Assembly (NCBI GenBank): GCA_963833425.1
Contig: CAWHXP010000010.1
Coordinates: forward strand, 32,001 to 96,000
DNA: 64,000 nucleotides
From: an uncultured Methanosarcinaceae archaeon
GTDB lineage: Archaea > Halobacteriota > Methanosarcinia > Methanosarcinales > Methanosarcinaceae
Direction of reading: 5' to 3'
Each line of letters opens with the position of its first letter. Position 1 is the stretch's first letter. A program made the translations under genes and the position numbers. Of this stretch, positions 32,860 to 44,177 are shown piece after piece. Under the pieces are notes generated by a model. It had not been told where the DNA came from. It saw only the letters and a program-made list of their open reading frames with translations, and did not search any database.

Positions 32860-33300
32860 CGGAACTTGTGATTTTTAAAAATATTTAATAACAAGTTCTT
32901 TTTCGTTGGTAGTAGACGCATATACAAGAGAACTTGATATTTAAGAACTTGTGTACAATCCCTCCCCCTTATCACAAGTTGTATAGCAGTAATATCTAAT
33001 TGCAGAACAATTCGATTAGAAACTTAGCGATTTGTGTGAGATTTAAATTAATTAAGTAATTACTTATACTATTAATTCTAAAATTCTACAAAATTGCATT
33101 TTTATTAGATATATGCAAATTATATTAGCATATATTTTTAGGCTCAATAAAAACAAACTTTCCTTACTCTAGCAGATATCACTGTAGAACTTGTGATAGG
33201 GGGGTGGGGATACACCACAAGCTCTCAAATTTTTCGACGACAAGTTTTCTATATGATACCGTTTTTAAAATCTATATTAATAACAAGTTCTTCTATTTAG
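32860..33300. other. Candidate replication origin: inverted ORB-like boxes with G-strings around an AT-rich core
   Basis: 32944-32997 and 33174-33225 are imperfect inverted copies (AACTTGTGATA followed by a G run); extra ACAAGTT minis at about 32863, 32891, 33240 and 33283; directly upstream of cdc6. Confidence 0.75.
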
Positions 33301-33956
33301 ATTTACATACAAACCAAAAAGCTAAATACATTATTTTAGTTTTGTTGATAATGAATTTGTATAAAAAAAATAATTTGTATAATGACCTATAAGGACTATC
33401 AAAATATTTTTAATAGTCCTAAGTAAATATTATTTCTCAAAGTTTTATGGATCTTTTTGCTTTGACATTGGGGCGGGAGTAGGAGTTGATGAACGAGTAC
33501 TAATAAATTGCCTAAAAGTAGTTTCATCGGGTTATGCATATTCATCTGTAACTATATATCTATTTAATGATGATCAAAAGATAACTACAAATCCAAGTGA
33601 TTAGAATTTGATTTCTAATGGGCTTAAGTACGAGTATAGTTCAACGATATTTAATAATTCGTTGGTCTATCAGGATATAGAAATTGTTAAAGGTAGGGAC
33701 ATTAAGACAAAAAAATAGTAAATCTATTAAACGCACATCCAAAGAATGCTCAATTGCAATATGATAGAACTTGGTATATGGGTATGAGTGTTGTGAAAAT
33801 TGACTATTATGGAAATCAAAGTTCATCATGAATTGGGTAGAGAAATACTGTTGAAGTTGAACATACCAACAGTATTTAACTTATTTTTGAAAGCTTATCG
33901 ATCTTTTCTATATAATGTATTAAATCATTATACTTTAATATTTTTTTTTTATTAAC

Positions 33957-34103
33957 TCATTCCTTATATCTTCTGCCAGCTTCGCTGCCCAGACTACGCC
34001 GATAATCTGAACGAACCTGTTTTCTTTGCTTTTCTTTAAGCAATGATTCCAGAGAATCCTTATTAAGTTCTTCCTGTTCACTTTGATCTTTTTCCTCTGC
34101 CAT
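33957..34103 (-). CDS. Small hypothetical protein (48 aa)
   Basis: GGGGTGA RBS-like motif, then MAEEKDQSEQEELNKDSLESLLKEKQRKQVRSDYRRSLGSEAGRRYKE. Confidence 0.4.
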   Translation of the reverse strand: MAEEKDQSEQEELNKDSLESLLKEKQRKQVRSDYRRSLGSEAGRRYKE

Positions 34104-34952
34104 ATTAAAATCACCCCTTATAATAGTAATGATGGACGTGCCATTGTGAACACCGTTTTTTATTTTTTATGATTAATATTAGCTAAGCTTGTATTTAATA
34201 TTAAGTTATTTTTGTTCTGCATGCAAGCGGGATGTATATGCGTCGAATCAAATCAAATATGAGCCATTATAAGGTCGTTAGAGACATTTTCTAAGCAGGG
34301 CAATGAATTTACATGAAACTCTCAATAAAAGTCTCACAAGTAGCCTGAGAATAAGTCGTTTCCCGACAAAACTGAACCCCCATATTTTGCCGGCTTTGCA
34401 CGGTAAGTACCCACGAGATATTTTCCATATACTTTTATTACTTTAAAATAATATAAATCAAGATACTTATAATTGAAAAAAAATATAATAAAACGTGAAT
34501 TCTGGTAATATATAGAGCAGGAGAAGAGCGATTGTGGGGCGATTTATGGCACTTTCTCGAGCGAGTTAGGGCTATTAACTTAGAATTAATTATCAGTCTG
34601 TTCTAGGACCTGAGATTAAGTCATTTATTGACTAACATTGAACATCTATCTTATGTTACACTTACGAGATATGGAATACGTAATTTCAATTACTAATTAG
34701 TTTAGGTTAGTAATATTTAGGATATATACAAAAAATATATATAAAATTAAATCTAGTTTTAATTCAAAGGTTTTCTGGAACCTTTACTTGGGCATTGTAT
34801 CAAGCTGCAGGATTCTAATCCCCTGCAGCTACAAGATCAACTTTTTGACATTTTAGATTAGCCTTGTCATCTTCGCTAATTAAATGCATTTTTATTTTTA
34901 AATTAATTCTTTATTTTTCTTTTCTTTGTTGCATACTTTCTAAGTCAAAAGC

Positions 34953-35445
34953 GGTTCTGGTGCAAAAAATCTGGCTTTGTTGCAAAATCAATGAAAACTT
35001 CATAATTAGGAAATTTAATTAATAACATCAAGGGAAAAATAATACAAAAGGTAAGAATTATAGCATCACATTACGGAAATATTATTTTTGCACATAACCC
35101 TGAAAATAAGAAGAACTTGTTCAAAAATATTGAAATGAGACAACCCAGATATTTGAATAACATTATAGAACAAGATCTTAGATCTATTAAAGCGAATCGT
35201 TAATCCAATGTTAGGATTTCAATCTTTTCGATCTGCTAATAAGACTTTAAAAGGAATTGAAGCTATGGATACGGTTAAAAAAAGACAAGTCAATAATTTA
35301 AATTACTCTGTTCTTAATGAAGTCAAATACATTAATCAATTGTTAGGTATAGTTTTATAATGTTAGTACATTTTCCTTGAATATTTTGATTTTTATTCAT
35401 TACTTATAAATTTACATATTTTTTTGAAGTTTTTGCAACGGAACC
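34953..35445 (+). mobile_element. Degenerate IS6-type MITE (34953-35099) fused to a 3' IS6 remnant
   Basis: YLNNIIEQD-coding fragment and right IR ending 35445, close to the 3' end of the IS6 at 62 kb. Confidence 0.85.
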
Positions 35446-35621
35446 ACACAAAGCCTATCTGATCCTTAAGCTCATCAGGAGTGTGTATCCATCATATGCT
35501 GTTCCTTCTGCAAATGTAGACACTAGAGCAAGTATGAAGCCAGTTTATACTATATAGCCTCATTTTCTTTCCTGGAAAAATTCAAATCTGGATCATGATG
35601 ATCCAAAATTTGATAGATGTT

Positions 35622-35945
35622 TTAGTCCTTAGCCACCCTCTTTCCTATGAAATACAAGAGACTACCCCCAACTATCACGCCTATTACCGCGGACAGAATG
35701 TATCCCGCTGAAGCTACAAGCTTCGAATCTTGGAAAGAAGGACCGTTTGGGATGTTATAATCCTTCAGTGGTGCATGCCATAATTCAGAGAGCTCTTCAA
35801 ATCCTTGTGGTATATATCCAATTTTATCTTTAAGTTCATCTGATTCCCATTCACCATATGCAGTGCCTGCTGCAATCAGACCTAAAGGCGCAACAATTAT
35901 CAGTAATGCCAAACCAATCGCTAAGTTTCTTGTCAGTTTATCCAT
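35622..35945 (-). CDS. nikN: NikN-like (PDGLE) ECF auxiliary component
   Basis: PLGLIAAGTAYGEW...WHAPLKDYNIP...GYILSAVIG; follows nikM. Confidence 0.8.
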   Translation of the reverse strand: MDKLTRNLAIGLALLIIVAPLGLIAAGTAYGEWESDELKDKIGYIPQGFEELSELWHAPLKDYNIPNGPSFQDSKLVASAGYILSAVIGVIVGGSLLYFIGKRVAKD

Positions 35946-35954
35946 GTTCTCACC

Positions 35955-36674
35955 TCAGGCTATGACTTCCCGTTTAATTTTGTTCATCTCAACTTCAGAT
36001 TTCTCTCCATAAAATACAGATGTGTCTGTTCTTTGGATATAAGCAAAAATAATTGCTGTAATCACTGCCTCAAGAATGCTAAATGCTAAAGCATGTTCAA
36101 GTACCATGGCAGGAATAGTTACGCTCAAAGAATATGGCATATAAAGTGGGACTCCTTCAGATGTGTGCTCCAAAATTGGCTGTATACCTAATTCAAAGCC
36201 AGCACACAACGATGCCAAGGTAAGAGAAAGCCAGCCAGCAACACCTGCAGCAATAATTCTCGTAGAGGATGTAATTGCTGAATTTCCACTAATCAACTTA
36301 TAAGTGTAATAAGCAACAAAGGATACCACCACTCCCATGTTAAAACAGTTAGTGGCAATAGCCGTTATTCCTCCGTCGCCAAAAATCAGTGCTTGCAACA
36401 CCAAAGTTACAGAAATAGCTATAAGTGATGCCCATGGGCCAATGACTATGGAGATAATTCCACCTCCTACGGCATGACCTGTGCTCCCTCCTGGAATAGG
36501 TACGTTGAACATCATTATGACAAATGAAAATGCAGCTGCTAGCGCCAACAGAGGAACTTGTCTGGACTTAAGTTCTGCGGTCAGCTTCGTTCCTGCATGA
36601 TACCATATAGGAATCATGATGATCCAAAACGCAATATATGTATGCGGCCCTAAATATCCGTCTGGAATGTGCAT
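35955..36674 (-). CDS. nikM: Nickel/cobalt ECF S component (NikM type)
   Basis: MHIPDGYL N-terminus, PGGSTGHAVGG and QALIFGDGGITA. Confidence 0.88.
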   Translation of the reverse strand: MHIPDGYLGPHTYIAFWIIMIPIWYHAGTKLTAELKSRQVPLLALAAAFSFVIMMFNVPIPGGSTGHAVGGGIISIVIGPWASLIAISVTLVLQALIFGDGGITAIATNCFNMGVVVSFVAYYTYKLISGNSAITSSTRIIAAGVAGWLSLTLASLCAGFELGIQPILEHTSEGVPLYMPYSLSVTIPAMVLEHALAFSILEAVITAIIFAYIQRTDTSVFYGEKSEVEMNKIKREVIA

Positions 36675-37031
36675 TTTTGATATGCCTCCTACTCATTTCC
36701 TATGCTTCTAAACTAAAATTGTTTCATAGACTCAGTAATTAGTCATGATATTGAAAATTCTCCTTATGCGAAGAATAATCACAAGCATAAAACGAGTCTT
36801 TTGAGTGTGTTTTTTGAAAAGACCGGTATTTTTCAGATATTTAATAATGTGATTATTGATTATTTCTAAAAAATATCAGACTCACGCACTTGAAAAAGCA
36901 AAACCAAATTCAATAGGCTTTATGGCCTTAACTTAGAAACTTGGATTTTTGATAGTTGAATGTTTAATGCGGTTGGTTTTTTAGTTCAATTTTGTAAGTC
37001 TTAGAATGCTTTTAGAATAACAGATTGTCGT

Positions 37032-37059
37032 GTGTTACATATGTATCTTTTTATATTAC
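37032..37059. promoter_or_regulatory. Candidate NikR operator overlapping a TATA box upstream of nikM
   Basis: GTGTTA-N16-TATTAC; homologues at 42659-42686 and 53413-53440. Confidence 0.45.
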
Positions 37060-37572
37060 TTTTTTGGACAAATTTTAATTTTATTATTAAGTAATGCTTT
37101 ATTTTCATCTTATAGACATCCAATAGATGCTCTGTATTTGGAATCAAAATTTGAATTATAATAATAATTGGATCCATGAAGAAGGATGAGAAGCTTTTAC
37201 ATATATGGGAATAAAGTAATTCTCGTATAGATAGAGTAGTAATGCAAGATAAAAAGGAAAGTAGCTGAGAATACAGATTTAGGTTGATTGAAATTAATAT
37301 AGTAGTCAAACTTTTTGATCTCTCGATTGTCATTTGAGTTTTCCACACAAACATTGTAATTCAGACATGTTACAGTAGAATTACCTCAAAAGGTAGGAAG
37401 TACTATAATTTTACTGTAAATTCAAAGTAAAATTTTTGTTTACTGCATGTACTTGAGTCTTCTGATGTGGAACTTTTGTTTAATAACTTATTGATATTTG
37501 TGATTTTACAGAAAATTAGACAATCTGCTATAAATTTGTCTCGTTTATCCTTGTTTAGAGGCACTCATGAAA

Positions 37573-37657
37573 GGATTTCAATAAATTCCAAAATCTTGTC
37601 ATATGCTTATAAATAGTATATAAATGACTCGTGAAAATACGAGGTTTATCGAAATCC
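37573..37657. mobile_element. About 85-bp MITE (GGATTTCGATAAACCTC-type IRs)
   Basis: Related copies at 38805-38893 and about 58074-58158; single ends near 20360, 39948 and 60606. Confidence 0.65.
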
Positions 37658-38023
37658 TCCTGAGTCTATGTTCTTCAGAACAGATTCTTCCGATCAAGTC
37701 TGTTGACTCCATGAAATATCTAAAGAACACTGGTAGTTTTCAGAAAAAATGCCAAAAAAGATTTCATTGAGTAGCGAACCATAATTTTTAGTACCCTTCC
37801 CTTGCAGCTGAAATTCCCTACCTGCCTGCTTTTACAGGTGAAGAATATCCAGTGCTGCAAGATCAAGTACCAAATTTAGGAGGTTTTTTTATTTTTGTGT
37901 CTGTTCGTATAAACATATGTATGTAGGATAAACTTATATTTAATATTTTTTGTAATATTTGTTATATTTCATGTTATTATATTTTAAAATTATAACACAT
38001 AATCTAAAGAAATACATAATTTA

Positions 38024-38343
38024 AGGGCAGATTGTGTAAATCTTTGCTCCCAAAGATGGAAAAAAAAATCACGATTTCTTTAGTAGTTAGATGAAATCTC
38101 AGCTTCTTCTGTTCCCAGAATTATTAAAGAACTGGATGTAAAGGTCAAAAAATACCTTTCAAAACGAATAGAACAAGAAATCCCTTACTTGCTTATTGAT
38201 GCTAATTACTATAAAGTAAAAGATGGGCTTCACTATGAAACAAAATTCTCTTTGTAGTTACTGGAATAAGGATTGATGATTACCGTGAGATCCTTGGAGC
38301 AAAATTAACAGACCGTGAATATTGTTTGTTTTGGGAAGATCTA
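38024..38343 (+). pseudogene. IS256-family transposase remnant
   Basis: ISASSVPRIIKELD...IPYLLIDANYYKVKDG...VVTGIRIDDYREILG...FWEDL with a frameshift. Confidence 0.75.
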
Positions 38344-39101
38344 ACATGATCAATAGCCCATAGTTATAGAAAATAATGCCACCGAAATTTGCTTAGTGGA
38401 CCTTAATAAAGATGTTTATTGATATTATTTTCCCTGGCTGAAGAAGTTCATTTCTTTGTTAAAAGTAAATAATTAATGTAAAAATTATAACCTTTTCAGA
38501 GGTCTGAAATTACTCACTTTTCGGTAAAGGAAGGTGGGAAGTTTCAAGCTCAAGTACGGAAGGGGAAAATTATGGCGTTCTGTTCGGCATTGAATTTTTT
38601 CCAAAATCCTTTATTGCGTATCATCTATAAAATCCCAAAATTCTTAGATTATTAAGTCCAATCTGTTTGGCCGGGTGACTGTTAACAATTAACATATATA
38701 AATTATTTTTTCGGTTATTGATAACACAAATTTTTACTTTAATATCATAAAATATAATTTAATTAAAGAAAAATATTAAATACGAGCTTGTCATACATCC
38801 ATATGAGAATTTCGATAAACCTCCAATCTTAACAAAATGTGTATAAGCGCTTTAGAAACAACCATTCAAAAATTGAAATTTATCGAAATCCTCGAAAAGA
38901 TCTTATTAATTAAAAAAAAACCAAATCGTACCTGAGATGTAATTGGTCATGTCTATGTGTTGTTGAAAATCGTAAACACAATATTCTATCGACATTTTCC
39001 CCAAAATGAGCGATAGACTCAGTTTGCAGATTTGACCAATGATTCAAAGAAACGATCTAAAATTTTACTATTAAAATATATTTAGAAGGAGATTTTTGAA
39101 C

Positions 39102-39320
39102 ATGCATGCCGAAATGTGTGAAACACATCCAATAATGGAGACTGTAATGGCTGAAATGTGGGAACTTCTGACTGTAGAAGAGAGAAAGAAAGTTGCAGTA
39201 ATGAGAATGGATATGATAATACAATGGATGGAAGTAAAAATCAATGATATGGAAAAGATGATTGAGCTGAAGAAGAAAGCTATATCAGACATTAGAAAGG
39301 TTCAGGAAATGCTAAAATAA
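39102..39320 (+). CDS. Small Met-rich helical protein
   Basis: AGGAGA RBS; MHAEMCETHPIMETVMAEMW...; downstream 11-bp hairpin at 39358-39390. Confidence 0.65.
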   Translation: MHAEMCETHPIMETVMAEMWELLTVEERKKVAVMRMDMIIQWMEVKINDMEKMIELKKKAISDIRKVQEMLK

Positions 39321-40100
39321 AAGACTTAAATTAGACAGAAAAACAATCTCCGATTTTGTTGGTATCCAGATTTCTTACATGGATACCAACGTAATTAGAA
39401 TAATCAGTTATATAACCATCTTTACCAAGCTTCAATGAATAAAATTTGTCTGTTTTTTGTAACTGTCGGTTATTGGTCCTTTTCCATTTGCTCACCATTT
39501 AGTGATCAGAAAAATATAAAACTATAATAGATTACAATGCACTGGTTTTTTTTGTAAATTTAATAGTTGCCCAAAATAATTTTTTTAAGAAATTTAGAAA
39601 AATGGACAGCTTTATTGTGTAATGTTCCAAGGGAGGAAGTGATGCAAGCTGTTAATTAATTTGTCATAGACAGTTGAAGGTTTAATGCTATCGATTTATC
39701 AATTCAACTGGTTCAGTTCTCTTCGAGTTATTTTTGGAATATACACCGATTCTTTTTCGTATGAAATTATTCTATTTGAGCACTTTCTAAGGTATATATT
39801 ATCATAATTATCATTAAATATATTTTTAAAAAATCGAGTAATAAATATGAAATTAAACAAATCACTGAATTTTAGAACTGACCTATAATTCAGTAAAACT
39901 ATCATAATAATACTTAAAAGATTGGATATTATGGAAATGAACTATAGAGGATTACAGATAAACTTCTGATTTTCAGAATCATTTATATACATTTCGAAAT
40001 ATCGGACGAAATTCGGATATTTATTGATACCTTCTATAAAATATTCTTTGTATTAATCATCATAATTTTATTGCCGGCGAGTAATTTGCATCTTAGATAG

Positions 40101-42179
40101 TCATAGGTGTAACAATTGATTCTTCAGTTCAGACTCATAGGCCCGAATGAAATTACTAGCAGTGGGATTTCCCAAGCTGTCCTGTCTACCACGTTTATTT
40201 GTTTCATTTGCACGCTCAACATACAGAGAATCATTCTGAGATGATATGTTAAGCATACTAGCGGGAATCATTACCTGATAATCAGAAACTTTTTGTAAAT
40301 CTGTTGGAGCAACCTGAATTTGAGTGTAGGTTCCCATATTTTTCACGGCTATTTTTGGTGTGTGTCCTATTTTATACCCCCACACTTCATTGATTACTCT
40401 TTTAACTCCATGGCTTTCAGGGGCATCACCTTGTGATATCATCCATTGTTTTGGAGTGTAGAGATATTGTGTGTTTTGGATCGTCATAAGAGGAGAACGC
40501 TGAATTGTGAAATTTCCAACCTTCCAGACACCATTTTCCTTAGTTGCTTGAGTGTAAAACACAGTCCAAACTCCGAGAGTATCTTTAGAAGGAATCCAAA
40601 GTTTTAATATGTTTCCATCATCGTTAAATATACCTGCACTACGATATAATTGAACATCTTCATGTGTTGCAGATGATGAATCCTCGACTTTTAGAAGTGG
40701 TGAGCTTTGAACTGTAAAATTATCTGTGTAACTGTTTGCAGTTGCAATATGTAGATCATCGCTGAATTCTTCATTGCTTGTCAGTGTAAATAATGCATAT
40801 ATTGTTGATTTTCCTGGGTAATTCATCATATTCATATGCCAGGGGTGATATTGACTTGATAGACCCACAACTTGCTTATTACCAAAATGAATCCCATCTG
40901 TGGACGCGTATCTGTTTATTACATGCGGCTCAGGATCGATATCTACAATCCACATGTAATATGTTTTCGTAGCTTCATCATACAATACAGCCGGTGATAC
41001 ACCATGACCATTGACATTTATTTCTGGGGAAACAGTGATACCATCATACGTTTTAACTTTAAGGCTTTCTATGGTTGCATTACCAATGGTATCCCCAGTT
41101 ACATAGTAGCATATGAATTTTCCGGTATTAGGATTATATACGAGATCAGGATCAGAACCATATGGATCAGAACCATATGGATCAGAACCATAAGGGTCAG
41201 AACCATAAGTATTTGAGTTATATTCGGATTCTATTTGCGTTCCAATAGGATTTCTTACTCCTGGTGGTACATGCCAAACTAGGCCATCATCAGAATAATA
41301 CAAACATGCATTTTCATATGTATCGTTCGAATATGCATATGGTGTAATAAGCATCCACCATTTATGACCAAATACGCCAGTCTCATTGAAATAGATAGAC
41401 GGATGATTGAACTGGTTATACCCATATGGATCGGGGATAGATAAAGGAAGACGATTTTGAGTTACATTTAGCATATACATGTTTGCATTACCAGAAGTAT
41501 CATAACTGTATGCTACAGTATGTGAAATATTCTCTTCGATGTAATCACTTAGCGTGATTCCAGGAGTTGGTATCTGAATATCCAAACTGTTTGAGTTTGC
41601 CCAAATTATTGCTATGTATATTCCTTGATTTTGGAATGATCCCCCACCAGCTTTAAAGTTTGTATGCCACCAATCTGCTCCTCGAATCCCACCTACGAGT
41701 GCACCGGAACCAAAAGAAACATCCGAAAATGTACCTAAGTTATGTGTACCATCTGTTAGTGTTTCATTGATCGCCAATTCAATGTCGTTCGTGAATGGTT
41801 TATTCAGCACAACATTTGCAGAAGATGTGTTACCAGAGCCTGACAACACTAGATGCCCATTCTGTACGTCTATTGTTGAGTTATTGCTTCCTTCTTTGTA
41901 AGCTGTCCACTTTGAGGTATTTAAACTGCCTGAGCTAAAGTTATCGTATGCCCACATGACTAAATCTCCATTGGGAGAATAGCCAGGGGTATTGTACACA
42001 TTGAAGTTTTGTGTGATGCCATTTATGTTGACGTTGAGCCACAAATTATGTTGTGGATCAATATAATATGGCAGTGAAGAAGATTCCAAAGTCGAAGATA
42101 CCGCAAGCGCAATTGCGGGCAATAAAGTCATGCTGATTAATAAAAAGAAGATTTTAGATTTCATTTCCATAACATCCAA
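40101..42179 (-). CDS. Secreted protein with glycosidase-like beta-propeller region (paralog)
   Basis: Colinear and highly similar to 17876..19858, with a longer C-terminus. Confidence 0.65.
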   Translation of the reverse strand: MDVMEMKSKIFFLLISMTLLPAIALAVSSTLESSSLPYYIDPQHNLWLNVNINGITQNFNVYNTPGYSPNGDLVMWAYDNFSSGSLNTSKWTAYKEGSNNSTIDVQNGHLVLSGSGNTSSANVVLNKPFTNDIELAINETLTDGTHNLGTFSDVSFGSGALVGGIRGADWWHTNFKAGGGSFQNQGIYIAIIWANSNSLDIQIPTPGITLSDYIEENISHTVAYSYDTSGNANMYMLNVTQNRLPLSIPDPYGYNQFNHPSIYFNETGVFGHKWWMLITPYAYSNDTYENACLYYSDDGLVWHVPPGVRNPIGTQIESEYNSNTYGSDPYGSDPYGSDPYGSDPDLVYNPNTGKFICYYVTGDTIGNATIESLKVKTYDGITVSPEINVNGHGVSPAVLYDEATKTYYMWIVDIDPEPHVINRYASTDGIHFGNKQVVGLSSQYHPWHMNMMNYPGKSTIYALFTLTSNEEFSDDLHIATANSYTDNFTVQSSPLLKVEDSSSATHEDVQLYRSAGIFNDDGNILKLWIPSKDTLGVWTVFYTQATKENGVWKVGNFTIQRSPLMTIQNTQYLYTPKQWMISQGDAPESHGVKRVINEVWGYKIGHTPKIAVKNMGTYTQIQVAPTDLQKVSDYQVMIPASMLNISSQNDSLYVERANETNKRGRQDSLGNPTASNFIRAYESELKNQLLHL

Positions 42180-42379
42180 TCTTTTAAGTATTATTCAGAT
42201 AATTTTAGTGAATTATAGGCTCAATTACAAAATTCAGTGATTTTTTTAATTTCATATCTAGCATTGGATTCTGAAAGCCAGCCGAATAATATATATCTTA
42301 ATATATATTTTCTAATGAGCGTTAAATAGTACCAAGTATATCTAAAAAAATAAAATCTGTGTTTCAGAATGACTGGACT

Positions 42380-42629
42380 AAGACTTACGCAGTCTAACTG
42401 AAAAATCAATACCATCAATTCATTGATGATACAAAATCTAAATTTGAGCCACAACGTCTTTTGTATTGAGTTATATTCTTTAGCTGAATAACTATTGCAG
42501 GATCATCAATTGTAGGACTGACGTACTCAAAGAACAAAATCAGATTCAATTGGCTGTAGATTTAAATATGAATTTAAGCTAGTTGAAAATCTAATTTTAT
42601 TGATTTTTCAATTCGCCTGCGTAAGTCTT
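42380..42629. mobile_element. MITE-like element with about 32-bp IRs (AAGACTTACGCAG...)
   Basis: AAGACTTACGCAGTCTAACTGAAAAATCAATA versus TATTGATTTTTCAATTCGCCTGCGTAAGTCTT; relatives at 30008-30102, 36878-37001 and about 53268-53383. Confidence 0.7.
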
Positions 42630-43139
42630 TGAATGATTTTATAATATCAAATTGATAAGTAGTACATATGTATCATTTTATATTACTTTATTGGATAAAT
42701 TTTAATTTTAGTATTAAGTACTCCATTTTACAGAGGTACAGAAACGCTTTATATTTTAGAGTCAAATTGTAAATTATAACGATAAGTGTGTTCATGAAGA
42801 AAAAAACATGCTTTTACACAGATCCCGGAAATAAATATCTATAATGACAAAATTACACCGAAAATGTCAAAGATAGCAAGGTAGATTCTAAAGCATCTTG
42901 ATACATATTTGGAACTATTCAAACCATGAATCAAGCTGATTTCCTTAAGAAAAAAACATTAAAATTGCCTATTTCGCAATTAAAGTTGCTGCACCAATCT
43001 CTTCAATACTAGGAACAGATACTAAAATTTCATATAACTTTTATTTTTTCTCTAAGCATAATTAAAAATTTTTCCCCCTAAAGTTTCGATTTCACAATTA
43101 AGATATTTTATAAGATTTAGACAGAAAATATTGTCGTTG

Positions 43140-44177
43140 TCATAGTACTAGTTTCCACTTGTGCATTTTTTTGTTTTGGGTGATTGCAACTCCACAAGGT
43201 CTGTTTTCTATACGCACCGTGGATTTAACAGTATTAGTACCCGTATCAATTACAGAAACATCGCTACTCCCCAAGTTCGTCACATATAACTGTTTTTCAT
43301 TTGAATCCACTGCAACTCCAAGAGGATAAGTTCCTATCTTCACCGTGGATGTAACTTTGTTTGTAGCAGTGTCAATTACAGAAACATTTTGGCTAAAGAA
43401 GTTAGTAACAAATACCTTCGTTCCATCTGGATCAACTGCAATTCCCTCAGGGCCATTCCCTACCTCAATAGTGGATATAACTTCGTTTGTTTTTGCATCA
43501 ATTACAGAAACAGTTCCTGGAATGTTGTGGCTGCCTGAATTCGTGACGTATACTGTACCCCCATCCGGAGTGACTACAACTCCCGAGGGTTTTTGTCCTA
43601 CATTTACAGTAGCTGTAATTTTATTTGTGCCTGTGTCAATTATAGATACATTGTTGCTACCATAGTTTACCACATATACCTTTGTTCCTGCTGGGTTGAC
43701 TGAAACTCCACGAGGCCCTACTCCTACATTCACAGTAGCTGTAACCTTGTTTGTGTTTGCATCGATCACAGATACATTTTTGTCGCCGGTGTTCGTTACA
43801 TATACCTTTTCTCCATCAGGAGTGACTGCAATTCCTCTAGGATGGGATCCTACAGGCACATTGGCTATAATGGTGTTTGTAAATGTGTTAATTACAGAGA
43901 TGACGTTGTCGAGGGGATTTGTAAAATATACCTTTGTTCCGCCAGGGTTGATTGCAACTTCAAGAGCAAAATGAGTAGTTTCTAAATTTACATTGGCTGT
44001 AATTTTGTTTGTAGCAGTGTCAATTACAGAGATATTGTTGCTGCCAGCGTTCGTAATATATGCAAATGGGACCGCGCCTGAGATACTCATCACCATTGAA
44101 AACACCATTACTGATATCCCTAAAATCTTTATGAATGTATTTCCTTTGTGTATTTTATTCCATTTCATTTTATTCAT
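43140..44177 (-). CDS. Secreted YVTN beta-propeller repeat protein
   Basis: Signal peptide and about seven YVTN...VSVIDT.TN.V.ATV.VG..P.GVAV repeats. Confidence 0.93.
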   Translation of the reverse strand: MNKMKWNKIHKGNTFIKILGISVMVFSMVMSISGAVPFAYITNAGSNNISVIDTATNKITANVNLETTHFALEVAINPGGTKVYFTNPLDNVISVINTFTNTIIANVPVGSHPRGIAVTPDGEKVYVTNTGDKNVSVIDANTNKVTATVNVGVGPRGVSVNPAGTKVYVVNYGSNNVSIIDTGTNKITATVNVGQKPSGVVVTPDGGTVYVTNSGSHNIPGTVSVIDAKTNEVISTIEVGNGPEGIAVDPDGTKVFVTNFFSQNVSVIDTATNKVTSTVKIGTYPLGVAVDSNEKQLYVTNLGSSDVSVIDTGTNTVKSTVRIENRPCGVAITQNKKMHKWKLVL

